Assembly: GCA_050178385.1 (NCBI GenBank)
Contig: JBFXGD010000010.1
Coordinates: forward strand, 1-10,080
DNA: 10,080 bases
Reading direction: 5' to 3'
Origin: Calditrichaceae bacterium
GTDB taxonomy: Bacteria > Calditrichota > Calditrichia > Calditrichales > JBFXGD01
Below are positions 1 through 7,708 of this stretch, in pieces. Under the pieces are notes generated by a model that was given only the letters and a program-made list of their open reading frames with translations, was not told the DNA's origin and did no database searches. Both the position numbers and the translations under genes were made by a program. Numbering within the stretch: the first letter of the stretch is position 1; the number at the start of each line of letters is the position of its first letter.

Positions 1-2
1 TG

Positions 3-24
3 TCCACGAGCTAAAGCACGTGGG
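3..24. repeat. REP-like / IS200-IS605-end-like short hairpin (may be truncated by the window edge)
   Basis: TCCACG-A-GC-TAAA-GC-A-CGTGGG: CCACG (4-8) pairs with CGTGG (19-23), one A/A mismatch, a GC/GC inner stem and a TAAA loop. It resembles the GCTAAAGC-centred palindromes associated with HUH transposase (IS200/IS605, RAYT) elements. Only one copy is in the window. Confidence 0.4.
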
Positions 25-180
25 TATGAAATAAAATTAGCTACCGCATTTTTATTGACAGTAATTCCGGATATTTCGGGGACCATCCTCTGAGTGAAAC
101 ATTCTCACCATTACTGCGTCACTATACTCTTTAATCTTTGAGTTGATTCAGGAAACCTGAAACCGGATAAGGGGGCATTA

Positions 181-1059
181 TTGTTAACCATTTCCAATCT
201 CTCCAAAACCTATGGTAACGGTGTCAGGGCATTGCGAAATATCAATCTGACCATTGATTCCGGTATGTTTGGTCTGTTGGGACCGAATGGCGCCGGTAAA
301 TCCACATTAATGCGCACTATCGCCACTCTTCAGCCGGCGGATAGCGGGAGTATTGTGTTTAATGGCTATGATGCTTTTAAAAGTCCACAAATTTACAGAA
401 ACCAACTGGGGTATCTGCCACAGGAATTTGGTGTATATCCACGAATCTCCGCCTATGATTTACTAGATCATTTTGGGATTTTAAAAGGTCTTACTGATTC
501 AAAAATGCGTAAAGATCAAATCAACGCCTTGCTCCATCAGACCAACCTGTTCAGATACAGGAAAAAATCGGTGCATAACTTTTCTGGGGGGATGAAGAAA
601 CGTTTTGGCATTGCACAGGCTCTGCTGGGCGATCCCAGATTGATCATCGTCGATGAGCCTACCGCCGGTCTGGATCCGGAAGAACGAAACCGTTTTCATA
701 ACTTTTTAAGTGAAATTGGTGAGAATATCATCGTGTTGCTCTCCACTCATATTGTAGCGGATGTCAGCAATCTGTGTCCGAATATGGCCATTCTGGCCGA
801 TGGAGAAATCCGTTTGAGCGGTGAGCCCGCCCGTCTCATCGGCAATATCCGCGGACGTGTATGGCAGAAGACTATTTCCAAGGGTGATTTACAAAAGTAT
901 CGTGAACGCTTCACCGTGATCTCCAGTCACTTAACCACTGGCAAATTGCGTATCCATGTCTTATCGGATCACCGACCGGAAAAGGATTTTGAGCCAAGAG
1001 AGCCCAGCCTGGAAGATGTTTATTTTACGTCTCTGCTAAACCATCGTTTGGTCAATTAA
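181..1059 (+). CDS. ABC transporter ATP-binding protein (ABC-2/DrrA-like exporter ATPase)
   Basis: Walker A GPNGAGKS, Q-loop YLPQ, signature FSGGM, Walker B IIVDEP, H-loop STH, C-terminal PSLEDVY. TTG start preceded by the purine-rich AAGGGGG. Confidence 0.96.
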   Translation: MLTISNLSKTYGNGVRALRNINLTIDSGMFGLLGPNGAGKSTLMRTIATLQPADSGSIVFNGYDAFKSPQIYRNQLGYLPQEFGVYPRISAYDLLDHFGILKGLTDSKMRKDQINALLHQTNLFRYRKKSVHNFSGGMKKRFGIAQALLGDPRLIIVDEPTAGLDPEERNRFHNFLSEIGENIIVLLSTHIVADVSNLCPNMAILADGEIRLSGEPARLIGNIRGRVWQKTISKGDLQKYRERFTVISSHLTTGKLRIHVLSDHRPEKDFEPREPSLEDVYFTSLLNHRLVN

Positions 1060-1085
1060 CGGACCGGACCGGAGACGGTTATTAT

Positions 1086-4000
1086 ATGGAATTGACTATG
1101 TTTTTCAAGATACTAATATTTAATCTGAAGTATCAGTCTCGCCAGGTTACGTTTTATGCCGCGGCGTTATTGTTTTTTGCCCTCGGTATTCTGAGCAGCC
1201 AGGCCAATTTCGGCGGTATCGATGTTCATGTAAATTCACCCTATGCAATCGCTTATTTCCAGAGCCTGCTGTCCCTGTTTTTACTTTTTCCGCTGACCCT
1301 GTTCGTCGTAAATCTGGCCTTGAGGGACAGTACATACAAAATGGAAGAACTGGTCTTTTCAACGCCGGTTACCCGGTTTAATTATTTGGGCGGGATATTT
1401 ACAGCGTTGCTCCTTTCGAATTTCATTATTTTGATTTTGGCTGCCCTGGGGATGTATCTTGGCAGTTTTTTGGTGGAAGCCGGACGTCTGGGGCCGGTCA
1501 ACATCGGCAATTACCTCCGGCCGCTGATAATTTTTGGTGTCCCCAATATCTTGTTTAGCAGCTCGGTGCTGTTTGCCGTCGCCATTTTATCACGAAATAC
1601 ATTGGCCACTTATGTCAGCGGTGTTTCGATTTATATTCTCTATATGGTCGCTTCAATTTTGGGGAATTCACCATTGATGGCCAGCGCGACACTAACAGGA
1701 AGCGAAACGAAACTTCTGCCGGTTCTGATGGATCCATACGGCTTGGTTGGGTATTTGGGAATGGTTAAAAATTGGATCCCAATGGAAAAGAACAGTCTGT
1801 CGCTGAGCGTAGGGGGCAACTTCCTGATTAATCGCGTATTCTGGCTGACCATTTCAGCGCTGATTTTTACATTTGTTTACAGAATCTTTGAGTTTCGGGT
1901 GCTCACCGGATCCTCGAAAAAAGAGCGGACTTCTACTCTCGAATCGGAAACACTTTCAGTTTACCGCCCTATGCCGGTTTACCCTCAGTCTCGCCGGGCT
2001 CAGTTGCAGGCATTTACATCCGCGACGTATCTGGAAGTCATTTCCAACCTAAAGAGCATTCCGCTGCTCTTGCTGATGTTGCTGTGGATTTTTCTGGTGG
2101 GCATCGAATTGACCGAAACCATTTTGCACGGTGTATTTGATACCGTTTATTATCCGACGACCGGTTTCATTACAACAATCATCCACGCACCGCTGACTAA
2201 GATCGGTATTTTTATTGTTATTTTTTACGGGGCCGAAATGGTCACCAGGGAAAAGGCCGTAAATATAAATGAAATTGTTGACGCGCTGCCGTTACCGAGC
2301 AGCATCATCTATTTTTCAAAATTTGTCACTTTGATCATACTGATTATGCTGTTTATCGTTGCAGCTATTGTCACCGGAATTTTTGTTCAGGCACTGAACG
2401 GATATTTTCGTTTTGAGATGGATATTTATCTTTCGCTGTTTTATTACGGACTTTATCCGCTTGCCCTGGTTGCCGTAGTAGCTTTGTTTATTACGGCCGT
2501 CATACCCAATAAATATATTGCCATGCTGTTAACCGGTGTCTGGTTTCTGTTCACCATGAAAAAAACTTCCTTTGGCCCGGAACATCCCTTGTTGCGTTAC
2601 GCGATGGCCCCGAATCTGGTCTATTCTGACATGAGCGGATTTGGACAGCCGGCCGGTTCTTTCCACTGGTTGATGATTTTCTGGACCGGAGTGGCCGGAA
2701 TATTAGTCCTGGCTACCTGGCGTTTATGGCCGCGTGGAACCGACAACGGTCTGCGCTTTCGCTTAGAATCATTTTTTAAAGACTGGAAATCGGGTCATGT
2801 TATTGCGGGTATAACTTGCCTCGCCATCGTGCTGGGCAGCGGCGCGTCTGTTTTTTATCAAACTAATGTTTTAAACGTTTACAGGACACAAAATGAACAG
2901 ACGCGTCTCCGGGCGGAGTATGAAAAAAAATACAAATCGTTTGTATCCATGAGCACACCGGTCATCACCGATGTGCGGACCCGGGTTGATTTGTATCCCA
3001 CCGAAGCCCGGTACCGGATTGAAGGCCGATATACGATTCAGAACCAGACCAATGAGCCTTTGACAGATTTTCTTATTGGTGTTCATCATGAGGTGACCAG
3101 GTCGGAGATTACATTTAAAAATACAATCCTGCTGCACTATGACGACACGTATCATTATTATCAATTTAGGGCTGAAAGGCCAATGCTGCCCGGTGAGAAG
3201 AGAGAACTTAAGTTTTTAATTGATATGCGAAAATCAGGATTCCAGCCTGTCAACTACGAAAACTCTGTTGTCAAAAACGGTTCTTATATTGAGCTTGAAA
3301 AATTTGTTCCCTTTTTTGGGTATAATGCGGACTTCGAACTCAATGATCGAATCAAACGCGGGAAGATGGGCTTGCCTCAGCAATCGGGAAGCGCGGATCT
3401 TGAAGGCGACTTCCAAAGAACATATCAATGGATCAATTTTGAGACGATTATCTCAAGCGAAGCCAATCAAACCGTCGTCACCATTGGTACCCTGCAAAAG
3501 CAATGGCGGGAAAACGGCCGTGATTATTTTCATTATAAAACTGAACGGCCGGTCCCATTTATGTTTGCCTGTACCTCCGCGGAATTCGCGCGGAAGCAAG
3601 AGACCGTCGGTGACGTGGCTCTGGAAATTTATTATCACCCTGAGCACAGCGCTAATGTTGTTGGCCTGCTGGAAGCTGCGAAGCAATCACTGGACATATT
3701 CGAAGACGAATTCGGGCCTTATCAATACAAGCAATTGGTTATCGCGGAAATCCCCAATTATCCGGGGGCGGCCACCGCCTATCCCAATTTATTGTTTTTC
3801 CGGGAAAAATATGGTTTTCTGGGTAATGTAAGCGATACATCGAAAATAAATTTTGTGGCGCACATGCTGGCTCACGAATTGTCGCATCAATGGTGGGCGG
3901 GTCAGCTGGAGCCTGCGGATGTCGAAGGCGGCAAGGTACTCACTGAAACACTGGCCCAATATTCGGAGATTCTGATGTTTGAAAAAACTTTTGGAAGGAA

Positions 4001-4670
4001 TCATCTTCGGCAATATTTGGGCAATGAGCTGAAAGCCTATCTGACCGGGCGCTCCTACAGCCTCACGGAATCACCATTGTACAGGTCGGGGGGACGCGAA
4101 CAGACGCACATTTATTACCAGAAGGGCTCTCTGGTTATGTACGCGCTGAAGGAACTGCTGGGGGAGGAAAAACTTAACACGGCTGTCCGCAATCTTCTAA
4201 AAGCCCATGCCTGGCCCGGGGAGCAGGCAACCACCCATGATTTACTTTCGGCGCTATACGCGGTTGCAAATAATGATCAGAGCGCGCTGATTGATGACTG
4301 GATGAAAAAAATCGTCTTTTACGATCTGCGGATCGAATCGGCTCAATATAAAATTCTGCCCGATGGACGATATGAGGTCTCAATGCTGGTCAACACTACA
4401 AAATCGGAACTTCGTGGAGACCGGGAAGTCATTCCAATGATAATGAATGAATCTATCGATATAGGCATCTTTTCAGACCACCCGGACGCGCCTGATTTTC
4501 AGCAGCATCTCATTCTGTTGGAAAAGCACCTGTTTACACAGGAGCGTACACGTCTTTCATTTATTGTCGAACGTAAACCCGGTGCCGTATGTATTGATCC
4601 GTTTTCGTATCTTATAGATCAAAATGTTACAGATAATGTATTCATTCCTGATTCACAAATTGAGAATTAA
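1086..4670 (+). CDS. ABC-2-type permease fused to a C-terminal M1-family (gluzincin) zinc aminopeptidase domain
   Basis: The N-terminal ~590 aa are two tandem multi-TM permease-like halves with duplicated motifs (RDSTYKMEELVFSTP...YLGG and REKAVNINEIVDALP...YFSK). The soluble C-terminal half has HELSHQWW (3873 onward), a downstream Glu in LTETLAQY, and YYQKG. It lies 26 bp after the ATPase. ATG 1098 is an alternative start. Confidence 0.92.
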   Translation: MELTMFFKILIFNLKYQSRQVTFYAAALLFFALGILSSQANFGGIDVHVNSPYAIAYFQSLLSLFLLFPLTLFVVNLALRDSTYKMEELVFSTPVTRFNYLGGIFTALLLSNFIILILAALGMYLGSFLVEAGRLGPVNIGNYLRPLIIFGVPNILFSSSVLFAVAILSRNTLATYVSGVSIYILYMVASILGNSPLMASATLTGSETKLLPVLMDPYGLVGYLGMVKNWIPMEKNSLSLSVGGNFLINRVFWLTISALIFTFVYRIFEFRVLTGSSKKERTSTLESETLSVYRPMPVYPQSRRAQLQAFTSATYLEVISNLKSIPLLLLMLLWIFLVGIELTETILHGVFDTVYYPTTGFITTIIHAPLTKIGIFIVIFYGAEMVTREKAVNINEIVDALPLPSSIIYFSKFVTLIILIMLFIVAAIVTGIFVQALNGYFRFEMDIYLSLFYYGLYPLALVAVVALFITAVIPNKYIAMLLTGVWFLFTMKKTSFGPEHPLLRYAMAPNLVYSDMSGFGQPAGSFHWLMIFWTGVAGILVLATWRLWPRGTDNGLRFRLESFFKDWKSGHVIAGITCLAIVLGSGASVFYQTNVLNVYRTQNEQTRLRAEYEKKYKSFVSMSTPVITDVRTRVDLYPTEARYRIEGRYTIQNQTNEPLTDFLIGVHHEVTRSEITFKNTILLHYDDTYHYYQFRAERPMLPGEKRELKFLIDMRKSGFQPVNYENSVVKNGSYIELEKFVPFFGYNADFELNDRIKRGKMGLPQQSGSADLEGDFQRTYQWINFETIISSEANQTVVTIGTLQKQWRENGRDYFHYKTERPVPFMFACTSAEFARKQETVGDVALEIYYHPEHSANVVGLLEAAKQSLDIFEDEFGPYQYKQLVIAEIPNYPGAATAYPNLLFFREKYGFLGNVSDTSKINFVAHMLAHELSHQWWAGQLEPADVEGGKVLTETLAQYSEILMFEKTFGRNHLRQYLGNELKAYLTGRSYSLTESPLYRSGGREQTHIYYQKGSLVMYALKELLGEEKLNTAVRNLLKAHAWPGEQATTHDLLSALYAVANNDQSALIDDWMKKIVFYDLRIESAQYKILPDGRYEVSMLVNTTKSELRGDREVIPMIMNESIDIGIFSDHPDAPDFQQHLILLEKHLFTQERTRLSFIVERKPGAVCIDPFSYLIDQNVTDNVFIPDSQIEN

Positions 4671-4936
4671 AATTTGGAAAGTATCGTTTTAAATTCGTTC
4701 TGAATTGTTCCGTGGCGTGTTTGTGATGAGATCAAACCACATTCACACCATCTATCGCGTTAAAACCCGGTATGTAAAGATTTCATTTTTGTACTCATTA
4801 ACTGAGGCCCGGAGCCAAAATACTTAATCTCATGTCAGAGGAATATTTTGGTATTCAGAAAGTTATTCAATATAAATGTACGTTTGAAAAATAACTCGCA
4901 TGTCCAATCGATCTTCTATAAAAGACAGGGTAAGCA

Positions 4937-5494
4937 ATGCGTGTAAAGTGCTCGGTCTATATCGCCACAAGTATTGACGGGTATATTGCAAAGCCGGACG
5001 GTGGTATTGAGTGGCTGGATAACCCGGAATATTCCGGCGTTGAGTTAAAGGGCCTTGATTATGATGATTTTATCGCCACCGTTGACGCGATCGTGATGGG
5101 GCGGAACTCATACGAAAAAGTACGGACTTTTGGATTTTGGCCGTATGAAAAAATTCCGGTGATTATTCTGACCAACCGACAAATGGTCATTCCAAAAGAG
5201 CTGACGGGAAAAATAAGAGTTGAAAATCAGGCTCCGAAGCAATTAGTCTCGATACTGGGGGAAGAAGGATATAAACATCTGTACATCGACGGGGGGATAA
5301 CGATACAAGGCTTTTTGAGAGCCGGGCTGATAGACGAGATAACCATCACCCGCATACCCATTTTACTCGGATCCGGAATTCCGCTTTTTGGTGAATTGGA
5401 GAAGGAAATCCCCATGCGCCTGATTTCCGTATCGGGTTCTGATAATGGCTTTGTCCAGGTCAGATATGAAATCGTTAGATCTGCTCATACCTAA
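4937..5494 (+). CDS. Dihydrofolate reductase-fold / RibD C-terminal domain protein
   Basis: Motifs YIATSIDGYIA, VMGRNSY, LYIDGG and GLIDEITITRIPILLGSGIPLF, typical of the RibD_C/DHFR-like family. AGGG precedes the ATG. Confidence 0.9.
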   Translation: MRVKCSVYIATSIDGYIAKPDGGIEWLDNPEYSGVELKGLDYDDFIATVDAIVMGRNSYEKVRTFGFWPYEKIPVIILTNRQMVIPKELTGKIRVENQAPKQLVSILGEEGYKHLYIDGGITIQGFLRAGLIDEITITRIPILLGSGIPLFGELEKEIPMRLISVSGSDNGFVQVRYEIVRSAHT

Positions 5495-5625
5495 AACATT
5501 TTTATTCTAACTTCCTGGGAATATATTTGTATTGAGTAAGTTTTTTATTATTGAAATTAAAACGCTAAATAACATACACATCAATTAAATTTGTTAGCCG
5601 GCAATAAATGCAAAGGAATTAATAC

Positions 5626-6093
5626 ATGAAGCACATATTGATCTTCGCGCTCATAGTTGTGGTAGCAGCGCTTTTCGTATCATGCGGCGCAGACAGCGCC
5701 GGAGAGCACACTCACGGTAAAAAGACCCGGACATCTTATTCGGCTGAGGACGTGCCGGAAGACAGACTTGAAGGACTCCGGCTGGACAATGGCCGCAAAT
5801 GGAAGATGGATGATCACACAAGATCCAGTTTCGCCAAAATGGGCGCGTCTTTATTAGATTCTGATCTGCAGGCTCTTGAAGAAGATGGCCTGAAAAAGGC
5901 CGGCGCCGACCTGCAAGTCCTGACCGATGAGCTGATTCAGGGCTGTACCATGACCGGAAACGCGCATAATCAGTTGCACCTGTATCTTTCGGAATATATG
6001 CCGGCGGTTGCGGCTCTGACAAAATCCGGCCGGATTGAAGATGCCAGAAGGGTCAGGCATTACCTGGAAAGATACAAGGCCTATTTCGAGTAG
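5626..6093 (+). CDS. Hypothetical lipoprotein, putative metal-binding helical protein
   Basis: AAGGA RBS; signal peptide MKHILIFALIVVVAALFVS-C with lipobox Cys20; HTH tripeptide after the signal; LDNGRKW segment; CTMTGNAHNQLH motif. Confidence 0.8.
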   Translation: MKHILIFALIVVVAALFVSCGADSAGEHTHGKKTRTSYSAEDVPEDRLEGLRLDNGRKWKMDDHTRSSFAKMGASLLDSDLQALEEDGLKKAGADLQVLTDELIQGCTMTGNAHNQLHLYLSEYMPAVAALTKSGRIEDARRVRHYLERYKAYFE

Positions 6094-6096
6094 TTA

Positions 6097-6234
6097 ACGA
6101 CAGGCAAAGGATTGCAGACGAACGCCAGCGCCTCGCAGGTTCCTCTGTTTTTATCTGACAAAATTAATTAACTACTTTGGTTATTGCAGGGTATCTATTC
6201 TTTTTAATTTTCAACAGTCGTTAGGTAAGCACCC
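6097..6234 (+). repeat. Intergenic direct repeat, copy 1 (attC-like ends)
   Basis: Aligns with 7549-7685. The core AGGTTCCTCTGTTTTTATCTGACAAAATTAATTAACT (6137-6173) is identical to 7590-7626, and both copies end in GTAAGCACCC. Confidence 0.93.
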
Positions 6235-6260
6235 GAAAAAACCAAACAATTTACTGGTAA

Positions 6261-6328
6261 ATGATAATATAGTTGTTTATATTTTCATAAGTTTAAATTA
6301 ATAAAAATATAAGAAATTATATTTTCAA
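6261..6328. promoter_or_regulatory. Two tandem palindromic operator-like sites upstream of the Fic gene
   Basis: ATGATAATATA-N6-TATATTTTCAT (6261-6288; 10/11 arm symmetry) and ATAAAAATATA-N6-TATATTTTCAA (6301-6328; 9/11). They share the same spacer length, are offset by 40 bp, and end 8 bp before the ATG. Confidence 0.7.
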
Positions 6329-6336
6329 AATGGACT

Positions 6337-7467
6337 ATGGATATAAAAAACTTTAAAGCCGGCAAGTTCATACAGCAATTTGAATATAAAAGCTTTTCAC
6401 CCAATCCGGTTAACCGCGAATGGATCTTATCTGATCCGTCGTTGAACACCCTGCTTGGTGAAGCAAATCTTAAACTGGGCGAGCTGAATGCCTTTTCTCA
6501 ACTTATTCCGGATGTGGATTTTTTTATCATGATGCACGTGGTCAAAGAAGCCACCAAGTCCAGCCGTATCGAAGGTACGCATACAACTTTCGAAGAAGCG
6601 TTTATCGAAGAAGAAAATGTTCTACCCGAACGCCGAGATGATTGGCGGGAAGTTCAAAATTACATCGAAGCCATGAACCGGGCCATCAAAGAACTGGACA
6701 AGCTGCCCTTGTCCAGCCGTCTGCTCAAAGATACACATAAAACTATTTTAAAAAGTGTACGCGGTAAAGAGCGTGCTCCCGGAGAGTTTCGCCGCAGTCA
6801 AAACTGGATTGGCGCCACCTTAAAGGACGCAGTATTTGTTCCGCCGTCCCACGAAGAAGTGCCCGGCCTGATGGGCGATCTGGAAAAGTTCTTAAACAAT
6901 AACGCCATTCATGTCCCGCATCTAATCAAAATTGCTATCGCTCATTACCAGTTCGAAACCATCCACCCATTTCTTGATGGCAATGGCCGTTTAGGAAGAT
7001 TATTGATTACCCTTTACCTGGTAAGATATAATCTGTTACAAAAGCCTACCCTGTATTTATCGGATTTTTTTGAACGCAATAAATCGTATTATTATGATAA
7101 TTTAATGGTTGTGCGGAAACAAAACAATCTAAGTCAGTGGCTTCGTTTTTTTCTGGCCGGTGTTCTGGAAACGGCTTCAAATTCGATTGAAACATTCAAT
7201 AAGATTATCGCGCTAAAAGAAAAAGTCGAAGGTGAAAAATTACTCACACTTGGCCAAAAACAGGTCAAGGCAAAACGACTTATAAATGAATTATACAGAC
7301 GCCCCATTACAACAGCATCGAGAGTGGGGAATATTTTGCATGTGTCGCCTGCCACGGCTAATCGTTTCATAAATGACTTTGTAAAACTGGGCATTCTCAT
7401 AGAAGACACCGGCTTTAAAAGAAACCGAATCTTTGTCTTCACTGAATATCTGAATCTATTTTTATAA
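6337..7467 (+). CDS. Fic family protein (class II-type, N-terminal inhibitory helix) with C-terminal winged-HTH
   Basis: Canonical Fic motif HPFLDGNGRLGR (6964-6999), inhibitory (S/T)xxxE(G/N) motif SSRIEG (6559-6576), PGEFRRSQNWIG flap, and a C-terminal HTH-like segment PITTASRVGNILHVSPATANRFINDFVKLGILIE. Confidence 0.95.
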   Translation: MDIKNFKAGKFIQQFEYKSFSPNPVNREWILSDPSLNTLLGEANLKLGELNAFSQLIPDVDFFIMMHVVKEATKSSRIEGTHTTFEEAFIEEENVLPERRDDWREVQNYIEAMNRAIKELDKLPLSSRLLKDTHKTILKSVRGKERAPGEFRRSQNWIGATLKDAVFVPPSHEEVPGLMGDLEKFLNNNAIHVPHLIKIAIAHYQFETIHPFLDGNGRLGRLLITLYLVRYNLLQKPTLYLSDFFERNKSYYYDNLMVVRKQNNLSQWLRFFLAGVLETASNSIETFNKIIALKEKVEGEKLLTLGQKQVKAKRLINELYRRPITTASRVGNILHVSPATANRFINDFVKLGILIEDTGFKRNRIFVFTEYLNLFL

Positions 7468-7548
7468 AATAATTATGAGGCTGTTTCATGCCACAACTCT
7501 CCAAAATTAAAAACCGGCAGGGACTTATTCTGCAATATGCGCAGGAAT

Positions 7549-7685
7549 CCGGCCGACAAAGAGATGCAGGCGGACACAGGCAGCGTAGAAGGTTCCTCTG
7601 TTTTTATCTGACAAAATTAATTAACTTCTTTGGATATCCGGGGAATCTTTCCTTTTAAATTTCAACGGTCGCTAAGTAAGCACCC
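7549..7685 (+). repeat. Intergenic direct repeat, copy 2
   Basis: Aligns with 6097-6234, with the 37-bp identical core at 7590-7626. The 3' end TCAACGGTCGCTAAGTAAGCACCC matches TCAACAGTCGTTAGGTAAGCACCC in copy 1. Confidence 0.93.
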
Positions 7686-7708
7686 ATAAAATTTTCAGGG
7701 GGCATTCA

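Noticed and set aside
55..83. Perfect TTGACA at 55-60 as a sigma70 -35 element
   Set aside because: No -10-like hexamer at 16-18 bp spacing (the sequence there is GGGGAC).
1060..1079. CGGAC-CGGAC-CGGAG micro-repeat between the ATPase and permease genes
   Set aside because: Too short to be meaningful, and it overlaps the probable RBS (GGAG).
4722..4736. TGTGATGAGATCAAA as a CRP or FNR box
   Set aside because: Half-site spacing is one base short for both CRP (N6) and FNR (N4).
4833..4843. TGTCAGAGGAA, whose reverse complement resembles pieces of the repeat core
   Set aside because: Only 11 bp and it needs an internal deletion to align; the flanks do not match, so it is not counted as a third copy.
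4937..5494. Trimethoprim-resistance dfr or folA call
   Set aside because: The motifs fit the broad RibD_C/DHFR-like family; there is no evidence for a true DHFR or a resistance function.
6137..7626. 37-bp identical repeat as a CRISPR repeat or as IS ends of a composite transposon
   Set aside because: Only two copies 1453 bp apart, embedded in longer homology, with no spacer array, cas gene or transposase in the window.
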